From Lingula anatina (Eukaryota; Animalia; Brachiopoda), in contig CM120644.1 of NCBI GenBank assembly GCA_051362555.1, positions 7,076,954 through 7,140,953 on the forward strand: a stretch of DNA of 64,000 bases. Direction: 5' to 3'. The notes below the pieces were generated by a model. That model searched no databases. It was not told the DNA's origin and saw only the letters and a program-made list of their open reading frames with translations. Both the position numbers and the translations under genes were made by a program. Positions within the stretch are counted from its first letter, which is position 1; each line of letters opens with the position of its first letter. Below, piece after piece: positions 42,744-55,098 of this stretch.

Positions 42744-45700
42744 AGAAGGACGGAAGTACATACGTTTTTTTTTTATGTAGTCCGACTGAGTAATTTTTTA
42801 ATATTCGAGTCCCGGGAATCCCGTTTCCGAGCGATAGCCTGATGCGGTGTAATTGACGATAATGCAAAACAACACACCTGAACGCGACTGCATAACACTC
42901 GCTGAAACGGAAATGACGTAACCTGTTTGGTATACTCGCTTCACTGCTGAATGGTTTGAAGCGGTTTGTTTCTCATCATTCTAACTGAAACAAGTTGAAG
43001 AGAGGCAAAGGACGCTATTGTGTGGTGCATGGAGGCAACAGTACTAGTTGCTATATTGACGAAGTTTTGTTTCATTTCTTTCGGGTAAAAAATAGAAATT
43101 GAGAAGACAGTGGATCAATTTTGTTTGCGTGCCACGTAAAGATTTTGATCTGCGGTCGAAGACGATGCGGATATGTGAGAAACAATTTGAGATTCGCGCT
43201 ACCTGATACAGTAACGACAATTGAAAAACATTGAAAAAGAAGAAGAAATGTAAATTTTTGCTGACAGAGATAGTTACGACCACTCGCCTGCATACCAAGA
43301 TATTCATCATACAGAGGCACAAGGTATCATAGATTGTAATGAGAATTCAGTCTTCCATAAGTACTTCCATTACTTTTTTATTTATGATAAGTTTATATGA
43401 TTTGAAACTAAATGATGACATTCAGTTTACCAGTAAAGGGCAGAAGCTGTGGAGATTTATTAAATCACTTGTTCAGATTTTCTTTTTACCTTACCTATAT
43501 AGTTAACTTCTCTGCGTGCGAGCGTATTTTAATAGGAAAGATTTGAATTGTGTTACTAAGCCTGTCCACATATACGTAGAATGTTTTCTTATATTTTCAG
43601 ATACTAGTAACAAGAGGGACCCAGCTGAAGGGAATGAAGGTCCAAGATCATTTGCTGTTCAGTCTAAGCCTAAACTTCAATGTAAAGGTGAGAAAGCTTC
43701 ATTATAAATTATTTCATTTTGTGTGCTTTAACTTATGACAGTTGTATTTATTATTATTGTTATTGTTGCCACAGGTGTCCAGACAAACAGAAATGCAATA
43801 TGTCATATGCAGAATATTCTGGTCACATCATGTATGCCTCTGACAAATCTCTTCAGCAGCACTCGCTCAGGATTTACATTGAATTGAGTTCATAACGGAT
43901 TTGAATTACTTTATTTTAATCATTTTAATTACTTAAAAAGTACATCGTTTTAGGTTTTGTCCACTGACTGCTGACCGTTGAAGACCGTTGAAGAAAATTC
44001 AGTGACATACCTCTGGTGGGAATAGCCCCACCCCCTTTGACAGCACAGTACAGGAGACCACAATTTTGTGAGACTATGTCTCGATTTAACAAGTGAAGGG
44101 CAGCTCTTTTGCAAGCTTTGGAAATTTCTATGTATATTTGACTAAGAACCAAAATGTTATAGGGTCCACAGAGGCACCAAGGGAGAGATTATGTTCATAA
44201 TTAATTTTGACACACTTCAGTATATGAAAGCAAAACATGAAAACATTTTACATGATATGAATATTTTATATGCATTTGTACTATGTGAAACGTAGAGTTC
44301 AAGCCTTAATTTATATGTCATGAAGTCTAAAATCATTGTGCAATAAACTAGAAAATGAAATGTGTATAATAAAGTACGTATACTGTGAGATAATCATATA
44401 AATTCAATTTGAACTTCTTTTATCTTATCCCATAATAGTAGTGTGGAAAAATGAAAAAAAAAACTGACTTAATATAATGGAAAAGCTGGACAAGATTTTA
44501 CTATGAAGGTTTCTATCTGGCACTTGTGATAAATGTGCATATATATTTTTTATTCTTTGATGACTAACCATTTCTTTATACAAGATCAACTCTAGGTCAC
44601 TTCAGTCCTCGTGCAAGTTAATGGAATAGAAGTAAATCCAAGTTAGGCAATTTTAACTCTGAGTGATGTCCACTTGATGTAAGCATGCTTCTAATCTTAA
44701 TCAATGCACAAGCAGTTAGGGGGACCCTGCATTCTTTTCCCCCAAAAAAATCTGCACCGCCACACCACTTGGCAATAAGATATGTTAAGATACCCCTGTA
44801 TTTCCTGAAAGAATATAATACAATTGCCCAGTAAGTTTCATGAAAATAAATGAAAACAAAATATTATATATTCCATTCGGGTGAATAAAAAGCAATGTAA
44901 ACATTTCAATAAAATATAAGACGAAGATTTAGAGAATTTCAGGATTGTGCTGATGGTAGTATTGCTTGAGTAACTGATTGAATATGATTACATGTACCAT
45001 GTGTCTGATTTACTGTATGATTTACTTGAATTACTACTTCCTGTGCTAAAAGTATGCGATTTCCAATGTATAGGGACTTAGACAGGCCTGATCAAATCCT
45101 GAGTGCATGGTGATAAAACAAACACCACCTTTCTACAAAAAATAAATAAATAAATAAAAAACACTGGTAAATTATGTAACACATGGCATATATGTATGTC
45201 AGACATGTAGACATACTTTACATAACTTATTTAATTCAAAATGTTACGTTTTGCTCCTATCCCTGAAGTATTTTGCATAATACTTCTAATGTTATATTAC
45301 TCACCACTAAGGAAGTAAATATAGAACTTGTAAACTGGAAGTGACGCCAGTGGCACCGCCGTCTCCCTCGTCTTCAGAGTCTGACTGAAAGGGTTCAGAT
45401 TTGTAAGGGAGTACCGACTGTGTCAAGCTTCAGACGCTTGCCGTGCTCGCCTCATTACTTTCATCATACTGCGTCGTCCAGACCATAGTCCGACACGTGA
45501 ATCTCCCTACCAACTCGGTCGCAGACAGTGTACATGTAGGCCATACCCCTGACGTCACCTCGCAGTGGCCTCGATTTCGGCTATTTCCAGCCTTCCTCCA
45601 AACGAGCGGTTTTCACAGGTGAGAACCCGTACATTCAATGCGCTATAAATAGGTCACTAGTGTACGTATTGAAGTCGCGCTTTCGGCGAGTTGTATTTAA

Positions 45701-45752
45701 AAAAAATACACCATCGGACTACATAAAAAAACGTATGTACTTCCGTCCTTCT
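42744..45752 (+). mobile_element. Decayed Kolobok DNA transposon (3009 bp)
   Basis: TTAA TSD (42740-43, 45753-56), AG...CT termini and ~40-bp TIR AGAAGGACGGAAGTACATACGT(n)ATGTAGTCCGA. Frameshifted THAP remnant on + at ~43010-43200 (YCVVHG..FHFF..LRRQWINFV..ICEKQF). KolX-like remnants on - (PYKSEP ~45400, ITMHSGFDQACL ~45100, GKECRVPLTACALIKIR ~44720). Confidence 0.85.
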
Positions 45753-46417
45753 TTAAACATCCCGTCACGTGGTAGGCCAGCATGAGGAAAGAAAATACAG
45801 CAAATCCTCACACCTTGCACAACAACTAGGTACTGGTACATGTACATTGTTGATGAGAGGAGTTGGTAAGCCTAGATCAATTGTCATTTGTGAAATAAAC
45901 TTACGTGACGACGACTACTTTGTATAAAATGAAAAACAAATATGCAAATATGAAAAGTTGCGCCACAGAAGTTTTATATGGAAGTGCAACACCTACTGGT
46001 ACATTTTAGAATTGGTCATGAATCTTAATTCGAGCACCCGGGTTTGGGCCAGACTCCTAAAAATTAAACTTTTTTGCAAGAAGGCTACAGTTTTTACTTT
46101 AAAGAGAAGATATGAACCAATACCAACTTATCGTATCCTATTTTATCCACTGCGAGCGCGAGCAATGTCAATTTTCGGCATGCCATCTTTTAAACGTATT
46201 CAACTCTCTTTTAAAGCTGATTTAAACACATCGCTTGACATGGCCCTATAATAAATTCATAATTTTTGTTTTTCTATGAACTGACCACTGATTAACGAAA
46301 AAGTATGTCTCAACGCCACCTATTGGCCAAACTCCAATCTCTAAAGTCTTTTTTGTGACTGTGTGACAATGTGACGTTTGTAACATCTGAGCTCGGTTAC
46401 TATAAATTTGCCGCAGG

Positions 46418-48130
46418 TGGTTTATTTTGCTGATTGATGCAAGGTGCCCAAAGCTCTAGATCCAATTTGTAATGTACCAGATTCTCTCGTATTAAAAAGG
46501 CGACTTTTCTAAAAGAAGGCTTGAAAGTAGAAAAGTATGTTGCCACATATCAGAATCTAGTCAATACTGTGGTTCGTTCCTCTTTTAAAATTGCCAGGTG
46601 AAAGGGGGATGTTTGACATACACGTTATTTTTAACAAAGAAAACATTAAGCAGGTGAAGAAATTTACTTTTAGTAAGAAAATAATTTCATCAATGAATTG
46701 ATAAAAAATTACTATTTACATATTTATGAGGTATGTAAGATGCTGTGTATACACTTATCAAAAAAATAAATTTGACTCGCTTTACGAGTTAATGATGGTT
46801 AAAAATTGCTTGGAGTTTTTATACCTTTCACAGTTGCTCTGTAGACTTAGAAGTAAACTGTTGCCTATTTTCATTTGGATACTCAGACAACAGTATAGGC
46901 CATGTAGGCATTAATCTACTGCTCCTTTAACTAAAGAAACTCACTCTGTGCAGACAGAATTAAGAGCTACCCATTAGGGGTGCATGTAAAAAATCCTTGG
47001 GGAAATAAAAAGAAAATAGTTTTTCAGTACAGACTCCTTGTACCCACTGCACTCGTGAAAAGCAGCTGGTCTAATAACGAGATAGGAAAATGTAGTCATG
47101 ATTTGAAGGTGGTGGTGGGGTTTGTGCTATTTTTATTTACTAAATTTGAAAGAAAAATCTGCAGTATACCATATGAAATGATGGCTATAAAAATCAACAC
47201 AGTCTGCTAAGCTCTACTTAAACATAGATTTACATATATTTTTGTACATAATTTGCAAGTGATGTATTCTAATTACATGTATGTTAATGAGTGTGTTTGG
47301 AAGGTGCTTCATCATCATTGTGTGCCAATTGTCTTGTATTTGCTTATATGAAATGAAATGTGTGTGTTCTTTGTAAGTTCACGTTTTTTAAAGATATTTA
47401 TTCATCTTAACGAGCCACTTGAGTGTTTGTTCACAGTACACGTAAATTACACAATTTCTTTTACCCTCCCCCTCTCTTTACTTCTTGTTTTAGATATGTT
47501 ACATCATGAAAATAGTGCCGTCAATGGTTGCATGCATTTTTCCCTTATGCCTTACACATCAGCTTGAAAATTAAATGAGCGAGAGATTTCCCAATGTCAT
47601 TTCTGTACAAGTCCGGGTTATTCATGGCACTTACTACATAAAAAGTGGTGGCTGTCACAAACTTCGTTCATTCTAGGATTGGCCACGTAAAAACCATCCA
47701 CAATCTCAACACCGTTTTGCTGAAGTTGTCGAGTAAATATCTCATTAACAGCTGCCAACATGTAGTAGTTTGAGTCTTGTTCCCCACAGGGACTTGGGAG
47801 AATATTAAGATAAATCAGGCGTGGTGCACGTGGCTTCATTTTCTTTTGTAAATTGGATAGAAATTTGAGGAAAACCGGAACATCCTGTTGCAGAAACTTT
47901 TTGCTGCTCTCAAAAACATTTGCCCAAATTCCAAAATTAACCAGAATAACTTGATTTGTATTTTGTGCTCGACCTGCAGAATTCATCACAGATGAAATGT
48001 TTTTAATTGTATCATTTGAAAAAGGGGACCACTTAAAATATCTGTTTTGTTGCGGTCTCGAATTGTTTCCTTATTTGTCTACTCTCATGACGATCATCTT
48101 TTTGAAACTGTGATGCTTCTTAGATACTCA
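46418..48130. repeat. Segmental duplicate of 40064-41690 (C1GALT1 3' flank plus NXPE-like 3' half)
   Basis: Collinear high similarity, e.g. TGGTTTATTTTGCTGATT and ACTCAGACAACAGTATAGGCCATGTAGGC. Confidence 0.85.
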
Positions 48131-48565
48131 CTAACTTCTAAGATACTCACTTTCTGAAGTGATAACGCTTTCCCTGATGAATACCACCAACTCGTTTTCG
48201 GAAATAGTGACGGCGATGGTATGATTTACATTCGGGGACCTAGTTGCATTGCACACATGTTGATTTTCACAGTGATTCCAAAAATGAAATAATTGCTCGC
48301 TCTCTGATGGCCCATTCCTAATCCATAAGTTACCATTTGTTCCGTTCACGAGGTTATATTTTCCACCATTCACGTACATTAGTCTGGCTGAGGATTCTTC
48401 GTCGTTTTGAAGATATTTTCTCCGGGCATTTCTTGCCAAATCCTTCTTAAAGAGACCAAGATACTGTTGATCCGAAAATAAAAGTCGAGTGCTCAAGCAC
48501 ACAATGAATACCGTGATACACGTACTTGTACATCCGATAACCAACAAAATCCCATTTAGTTCCAT
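47545..48565 (-). pseudogene. NXPE-like pseudogene: type-B 5' end joined to type-A 3' end, ~490-bp internal deletion, frameshifts
   Basis: MELNGILLV.. start; the deletion at ~48133-48151 removes the GDS motif; single-base insertions near 47629 and 48037; 3' end matches copy A1. Confidence 0.85.
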
Positions 48566-49558
48566 AATTCAAACTCAGTCAGTAATTTTCCTGGATAGAA
48601 GTATAATTCATGCAGTGATGCCAAAGATCACATCTCTTCACTTGGAACATATACAAGTAGATGACTATATGTCTTCACTTGGAACATATGCACGTACATG
48701 TAGAAGGCTATATGTTTTCACTTGGTATATAGATGAAAATTCTTTGGGCAAACTCCTCCCACTATAGTACCAACTATGACGAACGAGTCTATATTGAGTC
48801 AAAGACTGTGGCGCCTGCAGCTTTTTAGAAAATTTATACACAGTTCTTAGCCAAAGATACACGTTAAACCTGAGTATTACGCAATTTTCATTTATCTCCG
48901 TCTTCATCTTAGTCCGGAGGTGGTTTACTCATAATGAATAGGAGGAGATAAATGATTTCAGATTGGAGATTCTACAATCAAAAAGGTTATTGAAAGGACA
49001 AGGAAGGGATTATATTAGTATTTCCAGGTGCTAATGCAAAAGTGGATTTCGACGTAGTAAAAAGTACAGTGAACTCTGATGACAAAGAGATACATGTACG
49101 TACGTATAACCCCGTAATGGTAATGATCAAGATATGATATATGGCTGCCTTAACTCCGTGTTTGGACAGATAGGGTAAAAATAAGAAAGTACTGCTTGGG
49201 ATGAACGAAAGGAAATCTTTGATAGAGATTATCTATAATCGGCAGAAGAAATAGATTGGTCACGTTATGAAACCTCATGAATTGTTGGGGGGGGGGGGGG
49301 GTCTTTGAAGGCAGGTTAAATAGGAAAAGACGCTGTGGAAGAAAGAGAATGACAATGCTCGACCACTGGCATAAGAATTAAGAAAGAAAGTTGTTGTGAG
49401 ATCAAACGAAGGGCTGACGATCGAGAGGGACGCTGAACCTGCCTCACGGCAGACAACAATAACAAAAAGAAGGTGGCAATGCACGTGTGAGCCTACATGT
49501 TGAATTCTCGGTCGATACTGTTTTTATCTGTAAATTAATGCTGTCAACCCAGGGTTAC
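48150..49558. repeat. Recent duplicate of 54620-56098
   Basis: Near-identical sequence, including an almost identical spurious 80-aa ORF in both copies (48665-48907 and 55215-55457). Confidence 0.9.
49140..49440 (+). mobile_element. RTE-clade LINE 3' fragment
   Basis: Translates with disablements to WTDRV..KVLLGMNERKSLIEII..IGHVM..FEGR..KRRCGRKRMTMLD, typical of the RTE ORF C-terminus. Confidence 0.65.
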
Positions 49559-49560
49559 GC

Positions 49561-49991
49561 AAAGCCTGTTGCGGCTTTTCTGTAGTGAGTACGCTTTCCC
49601 TGATGAATACCACCAACTCATTGTCGGAAATAGTGACGGCGATGGTATGGTTCACATTCGGGGACCGAGTCGCATTGCACACATGTTGATTTTCACAGTG
49701 ATTCCAAAAATAAAACAATTGCTCGCTCTCTGATGGCCCATTCCTAATCCATTAGTTACCATTTGTTCCGTTCATGAGGTTGTATTTTCCACCATTCACA
49801 TACATTAGTCTGGCTGAGGTTTCCTCGTTGTGTTGAAGATATTTTCTCCGGGCATTTCTTGCCAAATCCTTTTTAAATGGACCAATATATTGTTGATCCA
49901 AAAATAAAAGTCTAGTGCCCATGCACACAATGAGTACCGTGATACATGCACTTGTACATCCGATAACCATCAAAATCTTATTAAGTTCCAT
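49561..49991 (-). pseudogene. NXPE-like type-B 5' fragment
   Basis: MELNKILMV..; in-frame TAA replaces Leu at ~49752; truncated after TTEKPQQ. Confidence 0.85.
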
Positions 49992-50023
49992 AACTCAATC
50001 TTTTCTGCCTTGTTTTTAGTCAG

Positions 50024-51088
50024 ATTGCATGTATAACATCCATTAATAGAGACTTAAGAGAGATTATGTATGAAATGTCTGTTATTGGTGAATTCAGTCA
50101 GATTGTGCGTGTAAGGTCCATGAATTATGACTGAGCCCTGAGTGACTGAATATTTGAATATTAAATATTTGATTTGTACACGGGCATTTTATTTTTACAC
50201 ATTTAACATGAAAGTCAATGTAATCCGCCATGGTATTTCTGTAGTGGCTCCCCAATTCCCCGTTATAAGGACGAAGTGCCCAACTGACTGACTGACTGTA
50301 AGAATTTCAATAAGAATGTAGTTTTTACTTTGTGTAAATTGCCTTGGAAATCTCCTTTGGAAATAGTGATCATTCCAGCTAGATCACCAGTATATTTTTT
50401 GAAAATTGAACTTCAGGGAGTACTTTGTGTAATGCCTCTCATATGCAACTGTGTGAAGCTTAAAGTTGATTTTTTCAAACTAACAGATGCTTGTAAGGGA
50501 TGCTTGCAAAAGTCCTTGGGGGGAAAAACATGAGAAAATAGATTTCAGTCCTTGTGCCCACTGGTCTCGTAAAATGCAGCGGGTCTAATACAGACATGGA
50601 AAAATGTAGAAAAAGTCTTGATATGATTGGAAGGTGATGGTGTTTGTGCTATTTTCATTTACTAAATATTAAAAAAATCTGCAGTGTAACATATACAGTG
50701 ATCGCTATAAAAATCAACACAGCCTCCTAAGCTCTACTTAAACGTAAATTTACGTGCATTTTTGTACATAATTTGCAAGGGATGTATTTTATATTAATTA
50801 CACGTTTGTGAATGAGAGTGTGGAAGGTGCTTTGTCAATATTGTGTAGCAAAGTTATTTGCATGAAATGGCATTTAAAAACCATGTGTGTGTGTTCACTT
50901 TGCAAGTTCACTTTTTAAAGACATTTCCTCATCTAAACGAGCAACTCACGCGTATCACAATGTCAAGCTTGGATAATCGCAGTACGCATCTACCTCAATT
51001 TTTTACCCTCTCCCTCTATTTATTTCCAGTTTTAGATTTGTACTATCATAAAAAATGAAATGCCATCATTGGTTGCATGCATTTTTCC
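50024..51088. repeat. Older duplicate of the C1GALT1 last intron and 3' UTR/flank, lacking the coding exon
   Basis: 50024-50190 matches 38148-38312 and 50196-50495 matches 39471-39762; the remainder matches the 46975-47540 / 40640-41095 region. Confidence 0.75.
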
Positions 51089-51664
51089 TTATGGCTTACA
51101 CATCGGCTTGAACATTAAATAAGCAAGTGTCTTCCCAACGTCATTTCTGTACAGTCTGGATTACTTATGACCTTATTACATAGGATATGCTGGCTGTCAA
51201 AAACTTCGTTCATTCTAGGATTGGCGACGTAAAAACCATCCACGCATCGCATGTGGGTTCACTTTCTTTTGCAAAGTGGATAGAAATTTGAGAAAAACGG
51301 GAACATACTGTTGCAGAAACTTTTTGCTGCTCTCAAAACGTTTGCCCAAATTCCTAAATTTACCAGAATAACTTGATTTTTATTGTGTGCTTGACCTGTA
51401 GAATTCATCACAGATGTGATGCGTTTAATTGGATTATTAGTGAACGGGGACCACTTAATTATCCGTTTTGTTGCGGTCTCGACGATCATCTTGCTTCAAA
51501 ACAAAGTTTCTCAGATGTTTTGAAAATATTTTTGTCGTGAATCTCTCCAAATCAATCCCAAAGAGACCAAAATGTTGTCGATTCAAAATAAAAATAATTC
51601 CTACGTATATAACTATTGCAACACATGCGCATCCAATAATCGGGATAATCTTATGCAGTCCCAT
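51089..51664 (-). pseudogene. NXPE-like type-A pseudogene with multiple deletions and frameshifts
   Basis: MGLHKIIPIIGCAC start; remnants ETATKRIIKWSPF and NLGIWANV, plus the C-terminal end; most of the middle is deleted. Confidence 0.85.
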
Positions 51665-52119
51665 GTCTCAAACTTGACATATACTTGTATGAACTCGATG
51701 GATGTTTGATTCCTGGGTGAAGTAGAGTATTTCACAGCGATGCCTTCCAGCTTGGTTACTTTAAATTTGCCGCAGTCTGCCTGCTCCCTTTGATTTCAAT
51801 TTATAAATCATCTAAAACTAAACCGGAATGTCAACTTGTATCCGTTTTAAATAATGATTTATTTATTATTAGAATCTGATGCACGATGAGTCAATGAACA
51901 TAAAGGACGAGAAAAAAATCTCGATTTTTTATTTTTTGCCAGTTTCACCCTTGAATAAAATTGAACACCGTCGGTGATATTAAAGGTATATTATCCGCAT
52001 TTTAAATATATCACAAAGATATGCTTTCTATTTCTACATAACCTGCAAAGCAGCAGGGAAATAGTATTTTTCCAAGAAAATTTACAGTGATAAAAATATC
52101 ACGAATAGAATACCTTATA

Positions 52120-52980
52120 CACTCTTGCCCAAAATGGTTGGTGCACGGAAATTTTGGGATGCATATCGCCCTGTTTCTTTCATTATTATTGATATTACCA
52201 AATTAATACTGTTTATATTGTTAAATATGTGAAGCTGGAGGATTGGTTAAGTCAAGGAGAAACAACCAATGCAAATGTGAAAAAAGCGTTAATTTATTTA
52301 GGTTTTTTTTTCTCATGCCCCCAAAAAGATTATTTTTTAACATAACAGTACCAAGTGAAAAATTAAACATAAATTTATACTGTGATTGACAATTAATATG
52401 AAATTAGGGGAAATTGTCAAGAAACATCTTCAGAGTTCATTATTAATCTCAATAGCGGGTATGCCCACCCCAAGCTTGGATAATGGCCGCCAAACGGCGT
52501 GGCATACTGTGAACTAGAGTCACAACACTTTGGAGAGGAATTCTGGTCCATTCATCTTGAAGGGCATCTCGCAGTTCATCTAGATTTGCAGGGGGAGGGT
52601 TTCTCCTCTGAATAGCACGACCAAGTTCGTCCCACATGTGCTCAATTGGGTTTGCATCTGGGCTTCTTGCTGGCTGTGGCATCAGCTGAATGTTGTTTTG
52701 TCGGATAAGCTATTGTTTCCTGGATATTTTCAGTTAACAGCCTCCCCCCAGGGAGCCTACGCACTCTCATAGCTGGAGGAGGTGGTTCTGTACAAGTTTT
52801 GGGGTGCCATTTGCAGAAAGGGCATTTGCCCATTGCTTCCTCTGGATGAAAACCTTAACACTGCCAGATACAGAGACATTCTCCAGGAGAACCTGGAGCC
52901 GTTCGCAAGAGGGATATACAGAGACAATTTTAGATTGCAACATGACAATGCAACTCAACACACAGCCCGCTTAATTGCAT
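52120..52980. mobile_element. Truncated copy of the palindromic Tc1 derivative
   Basis: TA followed by the CACTCTTGCCCAAAATGGTTGG terminus; transposase C-terminus on - (SPDANPIEHMW..GGHTRY); + strand core up to QHDNA; second arm missing. Confidence 0.85.
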
Positions 52981-53260
52981 CACCAGAGTGTCATAGAAAG
53001 CGTCACCTACCGCCATACAAGAATGTATCTTTCATATCCAGGACACTGTGATCAAATGTAAAAGTCTCGCAAGTTTCTCCTTGACTCCCTCTACAGCCGC
53101 CACTGCGTTAGCTGCTACCAAGTGCTCTGTACCGTACTAGTGCATGTACATGTGATGAATGTCACTGTGGGATATTACCAACGGACTATATGAACGTAAG
53201 CATTTACTAGCGGGCAATACACTTACAGTGTACAATGGTTTTTAAATATGAAAGTTATCC

Positions 53261-53455
53261 CAGGGCCGTAGCCTGACCAAAATGCCAGGGGGGCAGTAAG
53301 CGGACACGAGGGGGCGAAGCCCCCGAGGGGGGAGGGTGTAGGAGGGGGATGAATGTCTAGTGGCCATGAGTGCATTTTCTCACAGAATTGACACCAACTT
53401 GTGACAGCCCCCCCCCCCGCCCCCCCCCCCCCTTCCCCCGGAGGCTATGACCCTG
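53261..53455. mobile_element. GC-rich hAT-like MITE
   Basis: TIR CAGGGCCGTAGCC / GGCTATGACCCTG with G- and C-runs; no convincing TSD. Confidence 0.5.
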
Positions 53456-53578
53456 GTGATTGTCATCTTGGATATAAATTGGTTTCCCATTCCCTACCGA
53501 CTTACATGTACTTGCATGGCCTGTGTTGGTTGATACCTCAAATCATGGCTATCATCACAAAATATATGTATTTCCCTG

Positions 53579-55033
53579 TTATAGCTTACACATCAGCTTG
53601 AATATTAAATGAGAAATTGTCAATCCAATTTCATTTCTGTACAAGTCCGGGTTATTCATGGACTTACTGCAAAGAAAGTGGTGGCTGTCACAAACGTCAG
53701 TCATTCTAGGATTGGCCACGTAAAAACCATCCACAATCTCAACACCGTATCGCTGAAGTTGTCGAGTAAATATCTCATTAACAGCCGCCAACATGTAATA
53801 GTTTGAGTCTTGTTCCCCACAGGGACTTGGGAGAATATTAAGATAAATCAGGCGTGGTGCACGTGGCTTCATTTTCTTTTGTAAAGTGGATAGAAATTTG
53901 AGGAAAACCGGAACATCCTGTTGCAGAAACTTTTTGCTGCTCTCAAAAACATTTGCCCAAATTCCAACATTTAACAGAATAACTTGATTTGTATTTTGAG
54001 ATCGATTTTGAGAGTTCGCCACAGATGAAATATGTGCTGGCATTTCTTTGGCGTATGGGGACCACCTGAATATCCGTTTTGCTGCTCGAGACTGTTTCAA
54101 AATGATGCTTCTTAGATACTCACTAAATCTCCTAACATGAGAATCGCCCACTATTGTTAAATCAATTCTGTCATAACACCGTAGAAGCTCTTTATAAGAC
54201 ATGAGTTCAAATGGACAGCCATCAGACGATCCCCAGTATAACTTCCCCCTATCATTCCACCAGCGTCCCATCATGAATTCATCCAGCGTTTTAGACTTGC
54301 AAAAACCTGACTTGTTATTTGTTCTCAGACCTGTTCTTGTTTTGTCGGGGCATATTTCAAAAATACGTATCACCTTGTGGATTTTTCTTGGCCAACATAA
54401 ATCCTCAAACCGCATATGCTTCTTAGGCCGTTGGTGATGCCTGTATGCTTCAAATCCAGTATAGTCAAAATACACTGTGCCTTTGACACAGCCAGTAATT
54501 TTTGGACAAATAGCGATATAAGTGCCGTTGTAAAAGTCCGTCACTGGACACGTGAGTATTTCTCTTCCATGCAGTTCGATTCGAAACCCGCTGCCTCCCA
54601 AAGAACTCTGTGGCGGCTTTTCTGAAGTGATAACGCTTTCCCTGATGAATACCACCAACTCGTTGTCGGAAATAGTGACGGTGATGGTATGATTCACATT
54701 CGGGGACCTAGTTGCATTGCACACATGTTGATTTTCACAGTGATTCCAAAAATGCAATAATTGCTCGCTCTCTGATGGCCCATTCCTAATCCATAAGTTA
54801 CCATTTGTTCCGTTCATGAGGTTATATTTTCCACCATTCACGTACATTAGTCTGGCTGAGGATTCTTCGTCGTTTTGAAGATATTTTCTCCGGGCATTTC
54901 TTGCCAAATCCTTCTTAAAGAGACCAAGATACTGTTGATCCGAAAATAAAAGTCGAGTGCCCAAGCAAACAATGAATGCCGTGATACACGTACTTGTACA
55001 TCCGATAACCAACAAAATCCTATTTAGTTCCAT
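53579..55033 (-). CDS. NXPE/PC-esterase-like SGNH acyltransferase/esterase, copy B1 (484 aa, single coding exon)
   Basis: N-terminal TM; GGSGFRIEL, DFYNGTY, IVGDSHVRR, NVGIW, CDSHH; close paralog of 41096-42586. Confidence 0.8.
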   Translation of the reverse strand: MELNRILLVIGCTSTCITAFIVCLGTRLLFSDQQYLGLFKKDLARNARRKYLQNDEESSARLMYVNGGKYNLMNGTNGNLWIRNGPSESEQLLHFWNHCENQHVCNATRSPNVNHTITVTISDNELVVFIRESVITSEKPPQSSLGGSGFRIELHGREILTCPVTDFYNGTYIAICPKITGCVKGTVYFDYTGFEAYRHHQRPKKHMRFEDLCWPRKIHKVIRIFEICPDKTRTGLRTNNKSGFCKSKTLDEFMMGRWWNDRGKLYWGSSDGCPFELMSYKELLRCYDRIDLTIVGDSHVRRFSEYLRSIILKQSRAAKRIFRWSPYAKEMPAHISSVANSQNRSQNTNQVILLNVGIWANVFESSKKFLQQDVPVFLKFLSTLQKKMKPRAPRLIYLNILPSPCGEQDSNYYMLAAVNEIFTRQLQRYGVEIVDGFYVANPRMTDVCDSHHFLCSKSMNNPDLYRNEIGLTISHLIFKLMCKL

Positions 55034-55098
55034 AATTCAAACTCAGTAATTTTCCTGGATTGAAGTATAATTCATGCAGTGATGCCAAAGATCACATC

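Noticed and set aside
48665-48907. 80-aa ORF repeated almost identically at 55215-55457
   Set aside because: The similarity reflects the recent segmental duplication, not coding constraint.
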